A stretch of 58,076 nt of DNA from Cladosporium halotolerans (Eukaryota). The translations under genes were made by a program, and so were the position numbers. The stretch's first letter is position 1, and the number at the start of each line of letters is the position of its first letter. Location of the stretch: contig NW_027191464.1 of NCBI RefSeq assembly GCF_011745625.1, positions 558,001 to 616,076 on the forward strand. Reading direction: 5' to 3'. Under the pieces are notes generated by a model. That model searched no databases. It was given only the letters and a program-made list of their open reading frames with translations, and was not told where the DNA came from. This document shows positions 22,736-34,373 of the stretch, piece after piece.

Positions 22736-23886
22736 ATGCTGCGGATGAAGTGCTCGGGCACTCCTCACGAGGTTGGTCAAGACGGTTTTGAGATATCGTT
22801 CGGCGCGTCATAAATTCCACTGACATTATTGTAGATCGGCTTGCGACACGGCTCTGAGGCAAAGCTGCAGATAGCTCGATGCATCAACTTCTACGCCCGT
22901 CTCTTCAAGGAGTCCGCGAAGAAGGAGTGGAGCGAAGTGCGTGAACTGGCTATGGCTTTCGAACCGAGCATCTCGAAGAATTGGCCGGCGTATCTTGAAG
23001 AAATGAGAGGCAAGTAGGCTCGGTCGTCTCTAATTCAGTTGTGGTCTACTTTATTGACCCAACACCAGGCATCGCTGAGGGCGCGCAAGTGAGGCTACCA
23101 GACATCATCGCCATCAATGTACGGACGGAGATCACTTTCGGCTTGTTCAGCGACGGCTGCACAGCGCTCTCCTGGCGGACAGACGAAGCGAGCTTCCTGG
23201 CTCAAAACTGGGATTGGATGGAAGCGCAAAAGGAGAACCTCGTTGCTTTGACGATCGCGCAGCCCGCCAAACCGACAATCAAAATGATCACGGAAGCTGG
23301 TCTCATCGGTAAGATCGGGCTGAACTCAGCGGGCGTGGGCGTCTGCCTCAATGCTATCAAGGCGAAAGGCATGGACCCGAGTAGGATCCCTTGTCACCTG
23401 GGACTGAGGATGGTGCTTGAGAGCTCTTCTCGCGAGGACGCTGTGCGCAAGCTGGAGAGTTACGGCGTCGCGTCATCCTGTCACATGCTGGTTGCGGACG
23501 CACAGGGCGGCACAGGGCTGGAATGGAGCTCGAGAGATCTGAGGAAGGTCGAGATGAACCCTTCGAAGCAGGTCTTCCACACCAATCATTACCTTGCTGA
23601 ACATCAAAAAGGCGTGATAGACACGGTCTGGTTGAAAGATAGCCTAGTCCGCATCGTGCGCATTGAAGAGCTGTGCAAGAAGGTCGGAGTATCACCCACC
23701 ATGGAGGAGCTAGCAGAGATGTTCAAAGATGAGAAAGGCTTCCCAACTTCGATCTGCCGCAATGAGAAAGGCGGCTCTGCGACCGGAACTCTATTCAACA
23801 TCGTGATGGATTTGAAGGCGAAGAAGGCGGCGGTGACTTTGGGGAGGCCTGTGGAACCAGAGCAGTATTTCGAGCTTGGCTTTTGA
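22736..23886 (+). CDS. Acyl-CoA:6-aminopenicillanic-acid acyltransferase-like Ntn hydrolase (peptidase C45, IAL-like), 3 exons
   Basis: Exon 1 MLRMKCSGTPHE; intron 22772-22834; IGLRHG...YLEEMRG; GC-AG intron 23010-23068; autocleavage site DG/CT at 23152-23163; AQNWDW, GKIGLNSAGVGVCLNA, HTNH and TLFNIVMDL motifs. Confidence 0.9.
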
Positions 23887-25462
23887 TCGCAGAGAATGGA
23901 AAATGTCTGCCTGAAATTCCTGTTACTCGTTGTGCGGAAAGCCGCTATATTATACCTTCTTTTTGGCACTTGCGAGTTTTGCACGCAATCGTAGCTGGCA
24001 TTCGCCCGGCTCGAGCTTGTCGACGCCAGATGTTCAGGAGGAACGTGGGAAGTATACCAAGGATTGGCTTGTTTCATAGGGAGGAATGTCAAGATACACT
24101 GTCGCGCACAATAGGCTGTCTGGTAGAGCGCTCCCCATCGCACGTGCCGAAATTGCGGACCGTGTCCCCTTGGTCATCGGCGCGCCTCGATGTCTCAGAT
24201 CTCCTGGAAGAGCCAGCCGACGTGGGCAGAACACGGTCGCGCTCCGCGAAGGACATGGCATACTCCTTCCGCATCCCCATCCCCTGAATGGTTTGCACGT
24301 TGCACGCGAGCAAACCCTTTCTTGCTATTTTCGTGCACTGCACCAAGGCTGCAGGGGCTCCGTCTGCGACTCCCGCAAGACGCTACTACCGCCGCCTTCG
24401 CCCATCTCGCTCGCAGCTCCGCCTTCCCTGGAGCCGAAGCATGTGAAGTGAGGCGGCTCTTCGGCGCAAGCGATGGCTGGCAAGTCAGTTGACACGGCAG
24501 GGCTGGCAGGCTGGGAGACACGCACGAAACGCCCGCTGTTTTGTGGACTTCACCCTCTCTCGCCTCTCGCGCGCGGCAGCTGCGCCGTTGAAGCCGCGTG
24601 AGACGTGTCTTGGACCTCAGCGCTGAACATCATTTCCAGCACAACGCCCATCGCGCAATTGGCAACGCCTACAGCGCGGTCGCAATCTCACATCCCTATT
24701 CCACACCATGTTGGCCATCATCTTCGCCATCTTATCGCCGAAGGAGCTGCCGTGATCTGCGACCACAGCCCTGCTGCGTCACGATGGCGCGCCATCCTGG
24801 TTCCACGCGCGCGTGCATGAGCCTGCGATCTTGGACCTATGGCCACTTCAACACTGCCACGACCCTCATTTCGGAGTGACCAGCCTCGCCAGCGGATTCT
24901 ACGCGGTGAAGGCAGCTTCCTACCAGGCGCTGTTTCAAGTGTTGCTTTATTCTAGTCATCAGTATCTGCCGGGCTGTACAACGCATCCTTGTCGGACGCC
25001 CGGTCCATCTGCCATTCCCTGGACAGGTTTTGGACTCCGTCCGAGCGCCCAGTCACCACAACCACCTCCAAGTCTGCCTCCACCGCGCGGGCCAGCTCAC
25101 CGTCCGCAACGGTAACGCTCGTTGGCGCTCCTAGTCTGTCCTGGAGAGACACGTCCCTCGCGCGATCTTTGCCGCCCAGGCATGATGCGACCGCCTATCC
25201 ATACTTCCTAGTAACTGTCATCGGCACCCAATGCCAGTCTGACGCCCCCCGGAATCCACAGCCCAGCCTTCTATGGCCTCCCCAGGGGAAGACAGCCTCG
25301 TTGAATAAGTATACCGTGCAATCTTGTTTCTTCCCCCATCCACCGCTGCCGTTTCCCTCACGCTCTCTCAGTCTCACTCTGCAATTTCTTTCACACCTGC
25401 TCGCAATCTCTCTCTGCGCAGGTCGCTCGCACTGTCATTCCAGTTCCCAACCTACCGGCATC

Positions 25463-26545
25463 ATGGTCTTCAGCACATCCACATTCTCTCGCATAGCATT
25501 GTCATTGGCCTTGTCTCATTGGCCTTCTTCAGCTAACGCCGCCTCGCGCGCGGATTACACTGGCTATGCCGTCAACGCATCTGACGTTCTCAATCAGAAC
25601 TGGTACGATTCAAACAATGGCCAATGGCAAGGTCTCTGGTGGAACTCCGCCAACGCTCTAACCGCTTTGGCCGACCTCGCCTCCATCAACTGGGATCAAT
25701 TCGGTTCGACGGCCACATGGTACTTCGAAAACACCTTCAAAGCCGCTAAGGCCGCCAACGGTGGTGGATGGACGAACCACTACTACGATGATGGCGGCTG
25801 GTGGGCCATGGCTTGGATTCGCGCGTACGATCTCACGAAGGACCAAAAGTACCTGGACGCTTCGAAAGACATCTTCCAGGACTATCTGACCGCTCTTGGC
25901 CCGAACTGCGGCGGCGTCTACTGGAGTAAAGACCGCCAATATGAAGCCTCGATTGCTAACGAGCTCTACTTCGAGACCGCTAGCGCTCTCGCCAACCGTG
26001 TGCAAAATCCACAAACAGACTACCGCCGCTACGCGCAGGACAACCTCGACTGGTTCATGAACGCGGGCCTCATTACCAACGCCAACGTGATTACCGACGG
26101 TATCACAGAAGACAACTGCATGCCCGGCGGCGCCGTTTTCACTTACAACCAAGGCGTCATCCTTGGCGGTCTAATCGAATTCGCTCGTCTGACGAATGAT
26201 CCCCGCCACATTGACGACGCTCACCGCATCGCTGGCGGCGCGCTCGACTACCTCACCAACGACCAAGGCATCCTCGTCGAAAAGGAGTGGCCCGGTACCC
26301 TCGACCAAACCGGCGCGCAGTTCAAGGGTATCTTCGTCCGCAAGCTCGGCGAGCTGCACCGTGCTTCGCCGCGCGATAGGTATGCGGATTTCCTCAGGAG
26401 GAACGCAGACAATGTTTGGACGAGTGCGCGGGCGGGCGACGGGACGATTGGCAGCCTTTGGCAGGGGCCGCATGACCCGCCGTCTATGTCGACGCAGAGC
26501 TCGGGGTTGGACCTTTTCGTTGCGGCTGCGAGGGCGTCTTCGTGA
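25463..26545 (+). CDS. Secreted glycoside hydrolase family 76 (alpha-1,6-mannanase-like)
   Basis: Signal peptide from ATG 25463; WWNSAN, YYDDGGWWAMAWIRAYD (catalytic DD), GGVYW, FTYNQGVILGGL and QFKGIFVR; no GPI tail. Confidence 0.9.
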   Translation: MVFSTSTFSRIALSLALSHWPSSANAASRADYTGYAVNASDVLNQNWYDSNNGQWQGLWWNSANALTALADLASINWDQFGSTATWYFENTFKAAKAANGGGWTNHYYDDGGWWAMAWIRAYDLTKDQKYLDASKDIFQDYLTALGPNCGGVYWSKDRQYEASIANELYFETASALANRVQNPQTDYRRYAQDNLDWFMNAGLITNANVITDGITEDNCMPGGAVFTYNQGVILGGLIEFARLTNDPRHIDDAHRIAGGALDYLTNDQGILVEKEWPGTLDQTGAQFKGIFVRKLGELHRASPRDRYADFLRRNADNVWTSARAGDGTIGSLWQGPHDPPSMSTQSSGLDLFVAAARASS

Positions 26546-27216
26546 TTGATGGGTGCTTGGTTGGATGGCGTTTTCGTTTTCGGGCATGGTGTTGGTTGTT
26601 TCTGGCATTTTCCTGGAATGGCGTTCGAGGGAGGGATCACGTTGCAGACGATTTCTATCATAAAAGATGCAGGGAGGCATGGAGTCTTTTATTTTGATGA
26701 TACCTCTTTAGCATTTGGGTCTTATAATTGTTCGGCTGGGTAGCCGGATAATGTTGATTTTGCATCCTTGACTGACATTGATTTCTTCACGAGACTACCA
26801 GGAATTTTGAGATATGAACCTTTGCTTCTATAAAACACCTCCTGACCATCAGATAATTCTCCGAGGAAGCAGAACAGTACCTAGGGTCGCTCGTCGTTAG
26901 CTCCGCCGGGTTCCGACCATCCTCCCTGCCGGCTGACCGACCTGCACCCCTCCGCTTGGCCCCCAAGATGCCTGTCAACCCTACATTTTAGCTCCCAAGC
27001 GAGCCTCTAATAACGACGTATGCCATAGTCGCCCGTCAAGGTAGCCTTGCTCTGATATCGCAAGCTATCTATCCATGCTATGTTCGCACAACTAAGAGCG
27101 GGGTATCCTTGACCCCGCCACTGCAGTCTGCACAAGATACTTCTATATATGTATGGTTGCCTTCAACATCGAATCCTCTTCGCTGCCTCCAAGAAGGACC
27201 TGGGACACTGCAGCAA

Positions 27217-28593
27217 ATGGACCCCACGATCATAATCATCGGCGCCGGAACCCTCGGCACCTCCACCGCCGTCCACCTCGCCCACTCTTACTCCGACCCC
27301 AGCAGAATCGCTCTCATCGACCCAGACCCGGACCTCGCCGCCGCGCGAGACGTCAACCGCATAATCCGCACAGACTACCCTAGCAAGCTCTATTGTGACC
27401 TTGCGAACGAGGCTTTGCATGCATGGTTCTGGGATTTGAGATTGCAGCGGTTTTTCCACAAGACGGGATGGTTGGTGCTGGATGAGGAGGGGGTTGGGAG
27501 GGGTGAGAGTGTGAGGAGAGTCTTTAGGGAAAGGGGGTTTGATCGGACGGAGGATGTTGCTGTCGGTGATGCTGGAAGTAGGTGGGAGGGTCTGAGAGGC
27601 TCGGAGTTCGGAAGGTTTCAGAGGGCTTATTTTAATCCTGAAGTTGGGTGGGTGAACGCGAAGCAGGCAACTGGGGCGTTTCTGGATGACGCATTGAAAA
27701 GGGGAATCAGGAGGGTCAAGGGGAGGGTAGCAGAGTTGGTTTGGAGTGAGGAGATGGGAAAGGTTGAGGGCGTCAGATTGCAGGATGGGCGCATATTCAC
27801 GGCCGATAAGATTGTGCTTGCTGCTGGTGCTTGGACGAGTGGACTTCTTTCGCCGATTGAAGATCGACTGGCTATTGCTGAGCGGGATCGGTTGGAGCGC
27901 CAGGCTCGGGCGACGGCGGTCGTGTCGGTCTACTACAAGCTTGCGCCGGAAGAGGTGCACCGTCTGGCCAACCCGGACAACATGCCCATCGTAGTGTACG
28001 GCAAGCAGGGCGAAGTGATACCGCCTTCGGTAAATCAACCTTTACTCAAATACAATCTCTCAGGCCTGAAGATCACCAACAGCGTGGCAACTGGATCCGG
28101 CCGCACGATCTCCAGTCCCACTATACCTGGGAGGGATCAATATGACGTCCCCACCTATATCAAAGAACAATTCGAAGCAGACATGATATCGAAGCTGTTG
28201 CCGGAATACGTAAGAGGTAGAAAACCAGACCACTACCGAATATGCTGGGACTCATGCACGTCGACCGAAGACCTTCTGATGTGCAAGCACCCGCACGAGA
28301 AGCTGGACAATCTTTTCATTGCCGCCGGAGGTAGTTTTGCAGGTTACAAGTAAGTTCCGGTCGATCGAGAGATCCTGTGTGTTCCTTGCTGATCAAGTAG
28401 ATTCCTGCCAAATGCTGGTACATACATGGTGAATGTCATCCATGGTAAGAGCAACGGCTCCGAGAAAGATCGAGCCTTTGGATGGAAAAGCCAGCCAGAT
28501 TTGGACGCTGCAGCGAAGGGTTGGATACAATGTCGAGAATGGCGGGATTTGCAGGATGATGAGACGAGTTCAGTACCGCTGGCGAGACTGTGA
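27217..28593 (+). CDS. FAD-dependent oxidoreductase (sarcosine / pipecolate / fructosyl-amino-acid oxidase family) with C-terminal PTS1
   Basis: IIIGAGTLG dinucleotide-binding motif, DVNRIIRTDY, VLAAGAWT, RICWD, GGSFAGYKFLP across intron 28350-28400; ends PLARL*. Confidence 0.88.
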
Positions 28594-28763
28594 GAGGTAG
28601 TTCATTGTTTAGAGATCGAACTGTGCTTGGTGAGTTGTGCCAATGTAAGCTGTCTGTGAACGCTAAAAGGAGGCCAAGGGAAGGTCACAGACTGTTTTGA
28701 GACGTTGCCATGAAGTAATGAGCAAATTGGCGTGAGTAGCCATCAAGAACTCTGCGGTCGAAC

Positions 28764-29577
28764 TCATTGATCTCGCTCTTTATCGATTCCCTGCTCTTCC
28801 GGCTTCCACTGTTGGTCCTCTCGGCTGTAGATCATCTCGTGTACATCCAGTCTCCCTTGTACGATCTCCCGACCATTCACCAGATCGTTCTCATCCGCCC
28901 GCTTGCCGGCTTCTTCCTCATTTGGTGCAATACCGCTGACCACGTGTCGGGAGATCAACCTCTTCCTGGCGACCTCCTCCGGAACATCGACAAACCACAG
29001 CTCGTCCATCATTTGTGCCGCCTCTTTCCATTCCGGTGCTCCGCTGCCGAGCGAGAGGTAGTTACCTTCAAAGATAACCACCCGCGAACTCGCAGCAATG
29101 GGGATGTCGTTGGCGACAGGGTCCTTCACGGCGTGGTCGAAGCTGGGTGCATAGATCGTCTGTGACTCCGGTACAAGCGGATTCCGAAGGTCTTTGACGA
29201 GCTGGAGGAATGCGGGTGCATCAAAAGTGAAGGCGGCCCCGCGGCGTGCGTGTGCCGTTGTCGGATCCGACATTGCTGATAGTTGAGCGCGGGTCAAATG
29301 GTAGCCGTCCATTGGAAGGAAGGTCGCGACATCAGGCAGCGAGGCAAGGCCTGGGTTGGCTTCCCTGTAGCGCTCATTGAGTCTCTGTGAGACCTTGGCT
29401 GCAAGTGTTGTCTTGCCTGTATCGACGTAATTAGAAGCTATCCGGCTCTCTCGTGGGAGCGATTGCCGTACCTGAGCCTGGGATGCCGCTGACGGCGATC
29501 ATAAGCCGCTGGCTTCGAGGTGTCGATTCGAACTTAGTCCATGTCTTCTCGACTAGGCGGTTCACTTGATCATCCAT
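28764..29577 (-). CDS. P-loop kinase of the phosphoribulokinase/uridine kinase family (Yfh7-like), 2 exons
   Basis: ATG 29577 MDDQVNRLV; GIPGSGKTT split by intron 29417-29471; PMDGYH, RRGAAFTFD, APSFDHAVKDP, FEGNYL and ENDLVNG motifs. Confidence 0.9.
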
Positions 29578-30191
29578 TCTGACGGAGTGATAACTTGTGT
29601 ATGGTGTATGTTAAGAATGGAAGTTGAACCCATGGCGAGGCCGTACTGCAGCTCTTCCGCGATCGAAGGGCGACAGATGGCCGTTGCTTTTACTGGGCCA
29701 GGACGCTCCTCACCCCACCATCGGACTGTCGCCCCGCCGAGGATGGGAGGTGACGTCGCCGCGGCGTACTATCCAGTACGGCAGTATACGTGAGTCTGGG
29801 CCTGTCCCTGCGCTCTACCTAGGTACCCAAGTACATAAAGAAGCAACCGACTCTGGCAATGGACGAGCAAGAGGGAGGTTTTCGGGATGAGTGAAAATGG
29901 TCGGAAGCTCGACAGACGTGCTATCCACAAGATGATCGCTGAGATCAGGGTATCGTTTCGCTTTGATAGAGGAAGCTGCAGCATGGAGGCGACGCTTGCA
30001 ACGCTCTCACCTCATCCATCCCCACCTCATCCACCTCGTACGCAAGCTACACTTGCTAGTGCTCACACGCTTTTTCCTTTCCTAGACGGCTGGTAGTGTT
30101 TGAATGACAATTGTCAAACCACACCTTTGTCTCCTAATACCGCGGTGAATCTTCGACCACCCGTCTACTGTTACCTTTAGCCCCCTCCAAA

Positions 30192-31090
30192 ATGTCTCTC
30201 ACAACCCCAACAAAGGAAGAAGCCATCGCTCTCTTCGGCTCAATCGAGAAACACTTTCCTGCTAAGACCCTCGGTTCTGACAAATGGTTCATCCTCGCCC
30301 TGGCTGCCATCGTCGGAGGGGGCCACCCAGATCTCGCCGCAAACCTCTACCTCCATCTCACCGCCAGACCTGAGTACCAGTCCCCAGACTCACGAAAAGC
30401 CCTGGTTCGCAGGCTACGAGAAGTTCTCATCAAGCTGGTATCGGTTGTCGGAGTGCCGAAGCCGATCGATGCGGTCTTCTCTATCGCTGGTGTGGAGAGG
30501 GAGGAGGACAAAGATTATTCGTTTTCGAGGTAACTTTAGGATGCTATCTTTGTTTGGCAGTAATATTGGCTAACAAGCATGCAGAGAGAACTGGCAATCT
30601 GGCGAGGCCAATCGCAAACGCGGCAGAGACTGGCTCGACCAAATCTACAAGGCTAACCATACGTCGACGGAGAATACTTTGGCGGCCCACAGGGACTTCT
30701 GTACGTACTTATTCATCGCTGCATTGCAGGATGCTTGCATTCGCTAATGATTTGTGCAGCTTGGCTATCTATAGAGATCACGTATGGCCTTTACCTCTCG
30801 GACCACACCATTCTTGACGGCGTGGACACAGAGCTTGTCGTGCTGAGCGGGATCATGATCCAGAACCTTCCGCGCGAAACTGGCTGGCATCTGAGGGGCA
30901 CGCGCAGGATTGGCGTGAGCTACGATGACGTTGAGACAATCCAACAATGCGTTAGTGATTTCCTACAAGTGTTTGCAAAATGATGATGCTAACATTGGCT
31001 GTCCAGATTGAGAAGGTAGCGGCCTTCTGTGGCTTGCAGCTGACCAGAGTGCCACGGGTGAAGGACATCGAGCACGAAGTTGTGATCTGA
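30192..31090 (+). CDS. AhpD-like / carboxymuconolactone decarboxylase-like protein, 4 exons
   Basis: Introns 30530-30584, 30700-30759 and 30951-31006 give one continuous ORF with RRLREVLIKLVSVVGVPK, ITYGLYLSD, TELVVL and WHLRGTRRIG; TGA 31088-31090. Confidence 0.8.
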
Positions 31091-31342
31091 TGACAGCATT
31101 GGCTCTGGTCCTTGCGATCCTGCGATGTGGAGGATCTTCAGCAAGGCCCCAACAGCGCATTGAACCCAATGGCGGAATGGCATTTTGTCACGCAGGGTGT
31201 CTTGATCAGTAGACAAGCAGCCTCTGGATGCATCAAGAGATAAAGGTTTCAAGCATGGAACTTGTGCTCTATAGTGAATCTGATTGATACACGAACGATG
31301 CAAGCATATATATCCTTCCTCTGCTGCCTCTTACACTATAAA

Positions 31343-32707
31343 TCATATAGCACTTATGACAGCAGCAACATCTGGAGAGTCCGCAATGCCCCAAGCCAGA
31401 TCACTGATCTTTTTTGCCTTCGCCTCCCCGAGCACCAGCCCAACTTGATCGACGAACTTCCACTCCAGCTGCTCGTCCGTCATAGGCCTATCAAGTGATC
31501 CAACTGCGTGTTGAACGTGCTTCACGACCACTCTTCCACCAGCCAAATGCACCTTCAGATGCGCCTCGTCCGCCGCGATCCCCTCATCAGCCTTAGCTTC
31601 GATCTTCTCCCGCACCTCCACCACCTCAGCATTCCTCACCACCTCATCCGCGTACTCCGCGGGCCCAGCTTTGCCAAACAACAACCCCACCGCCGCGCCG
31701 TGGAAAACACTAAACTTCGCCTCCAGCCCGTCCTTCGGCTCCTTTTTCGCCGTCAGCTCCATCACAAGCGGATGCACGCGCGCCTCAACCCTCTCAATCT
31801 CCCCAACCTCAACCCCGTCTTCGTGCAATTGCACACACCCGTCAATCGCAGCATGGCACACGATCCCGCACGGGAACGGCTTGAACGCATTCTTCTCCAC
31901 CTCCCACTCCCTCCCCAGCTCTCCCACCAACTCCCCCAACCTCTCCACCGCCCTCTCCCCCTCCTCCCCTCCCCCAACAACAACCCGACACCACCCCCTC
32001 TTCGCTTCCAGCGCTTCCGTCGAGCTCGTGAACCCCTCCTGCGCTAGCACCGCCGCCATAAACCCACTCTCCGCCGCCCGCCCCACGTGCAGCGACTTGC
32101 AGTCCGAGCCAAACATCTCCCTCAGCCCAGTCACCTGCGTCGCCGCCAGCCCGATCGCGTGCGCGAGCTGTCGCGCGGGCAATTTCATCAGCTTCCCCAC
32201 CGCTACGGCCGCGCCGATGCTCCCCGTCGTGGAAGTGATGTGCCAGCCCGTGCTGTAGTGCGTGGGCCAGACGGCCAGGCCGAGCTTGCACGCGGCTTCG
32301 ATGCCGGCTGCGAGGACGGTGAGGAGGTCCGCGCCGGAGATGGGCTGCGAGGGAGAGGTGTGTGTTGCGTAGGAGAGGAGGGCGGAGGCGACGGGGCCCG
32401 TCGGGTGGATGATTGTGGCGAGGTGCGTGTCGTCGTAGTCGTGGACGTGGGAGGCGATGCCGTTTAGGAGGGCGGCGAGGGGGGCGGAGACGGTGCTGGA
32501 GGGTTGGCCTAGGAGGTGGGATGGGCTGGAGTTGGGGGAGAAGGGCGCGAGGGCCGTGTGGGCTTTGAGGGTCGTGGGGTGGTTGCTGCCGGCGATGGCG
32601 CAGCCGGTGTAGTTGTAGAGAGAGCGGAGAGCGGCTTGGAGGATGGGAGCGGGGAGGGAGGAGGGAGTGAGGTCCGTGGCCCAATGGGCTAGGGCGAGGG
32701 TTGCCAT
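31343..32707 (-). CDS. MmgE/PrpD family protein (methylcitrate dehydratase / cis-aconitate decarboxylase superfamily)
   Basis: From MATLALAHWA (ATG 32707): LLNGIASHVHDYDDTH, IIHPTGP, GWHITSTTG, KSLHVG, FKPFPCGIVCHAAID and EAKFS. Confidence 0.9.
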   Translation of the reverse strand: MATLALAHWATDLTPSSLPAPILQAALRSLYNYTGCAIAGSNHPTTLKAHTALAPFSPNSSPSHLLGQPSSTVSAPLAALLNGIASHVHDYDDTHLATIIHPTGPVASALLSYATHTSPSQPISGADLLTVLAAGIEAACKLGLAVWPTHYSTGWHITSTTGSIGAAVAVGKLMKLPARQLAHAIGLAATQVTGLREMFGSDCKSLHVGRAAESGFMAAVLAQEGFTSSTEALEAKRGWCRVVVGGGEEGERAVERLGELVGELGREWEVEKNAFKPFPCGIVCHAAIDGCVQLHEDGVEVGEIERVEARVHPLVMELTAKKEPKDGLEAKFSVFHGAAVGLLFGKAGPAEYADEVVRNAEVVEVREKIEAKADEGIAADEAHLKVHLAGGRVVVKHVQHAVGSLDRPMTDEQLEWKFVDQVGLVLGEAKAKKISDLAWGIADSPDVAAVISAI

Positions 32708-33354
32708 TGGGGAGGAGGTTGGTGGGGTTGATGTTGTGGCTGTTGCGTGGGAGATTTGTTGAGTTTTAGCTGTGAGTGTGGGAGTAGTATTGGTGGACGC
32801 GTTTCTATATTGTTTTTGAATATATTCTTTGGCGCAGACGAGAATCAATAAGAAGATGCGGTGGTGCTCGAGCTGAACGCATATATCCATGGAGCCAGGA
32901 CGACTCCACCGCCGATCCCCTCGGCACGTTATCCGGAGTTGCGACATCGCAGAGACAGTGGTTTTGACGCGAGTTTATGACGTTCCTAGAGAGCTTCAGG
33001 ACGATGGGAGGCCTTTTAAGCGTAGTTAATAAAGCCTCAAAAGCAGTCTGCTCAGTTTCTGGTCTGTGGGACTGCTTGTTTTGCCTGTTCATTGTACACA
33101 AATTATATTTCCCTTCTGTGATGGCAGCATTGCCAGTATAGATACGTACAGTCGTGGATTTAAAAACCAAAAACGCCTTCGCTAATGCGGTCTGATGATC
33201 CAAAGTGCAGTCCAAAAATCCAAATTCAAGTTCGAGTTTGCAAAACGAAATCGGCGTCTGTGGCGCCGCGGTCAAGTCTTCCCTTGTGTCCAAGAGACTT
33301 GATTAGATAGTGACAAGTCACACAAGATCTTGCCCTTTTATCCCTTCACCATGC

Positions 33355-34373
33355 TCAATTCTTTCTCCTGCCGAACCAGCCCTTCTTTGTCTCCCTCTTC
33401 TCGCTGAAGTCCACGCTGTTGGCGCCCTCGCCCCTCCAAGCAGCCTTGCTTCCTCTCTTCTTGCCCTTCTTGATATCCCTACGACTCGCGCAGCAGCAGC
33501 ACTGGCCCAGGGTAATCAACCAAGCCAGGATGCCCGTGGCGGCCGCAATCCACATGAAAGCGAACATCTGAGCGCCGATTTGACCCTCGATGTTGAGCTG
33601 GTCGACGGAGGTGATGGCGTTCTGCATAATGATGAACATGGCCGTAGCAAGGATGGTCGCAACGGTGGTGAAGAGGGCGGCGAGGAAGGTGAAGATTGTG
33701 ACGAAGAGGCCGACCCAGCGGGAGAAGACTGTGAAGAAGACGAGCGGGATCATGACGGTGCTGAGGCAGGCTCCGGCCAGAAAGAGGCCAAACATCCAGT
33801 TCGAGACGAGGCGGATGATGTCGAGGATTTGGGTGACTTCGGCGGGAAGTGCGACTGGGATGGTCAGTGACTGGTCTCGAGAGGAAGCGCTGGAATGGAC
33901 TTACTACTAGCACCAGCGAGCAGCTGGCTCTGGAGGATCTCGACCGGGTTGAACCACCACAAGGTCTTGGGATCCGAGCAGTTGTCGAATCCACTCTCTC
34001 CAATGTTGTAGGCACAGTAGTTCCATAGTCCCACGCGGTAGTGGTCATTCAAGCCCAGCGTTTGGGCAATGGAGTTGATGAGAACCGCATTTGGGACTGC
34101 CACAGGAACGACGTTTGACAGGTCGAGATCAATGAAGTAGGTGTCGCGGGACACTGGGCGATCTCCAATGTTGCCGACTTCGACGAGAATGATGAAGATG
34201 ACGGAAATCAGGAGCAGGAGAGCGGCAATGGCAGCCCAGATGCGGCGGGTGCGGGTCGCACGCTTGAGCTGGGCTTTGGTTGGGTGTGTTGTATCATTTG
34301 TGAGGGTGCGGTCAGAGCCCGGGTGGTCTCCAGTCCCATCGCTGGCCGGATCTGATGCTTTTCGGCCGAACAT
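33355..34373 (-). CDS. SUR7/PalI family four-TM membrane protein, 2 exons
   Basis: TM1, then SIAQTLGLNDHYRVGLWNYC and WFNPVEIL; intron 33855-33904; three more TM helices and a CCCCASRRD tail. Confidence 0.88.

Noticed and set aside
24989..25462. N-terminal extension of the GH76 ORF (518 aa)
   Set aside because: Begins at a non-ATG codon and crosses a CT-rich 5' UTR; the signal peptide starts at ATG 25463.
27163..28038. 291-aa antisense ORF, and similar overlapping ORFs at 31508-32684 and 40063-40767
   Set aside because: Low-complexity products caused by biased codon usage in the real genes.
22736..28593. Beta-lactam biosynthetic cluster
   Set aside because: Only an acyltransferase-like gene is present; no ACV synthetase or isopenicillin N synthase.
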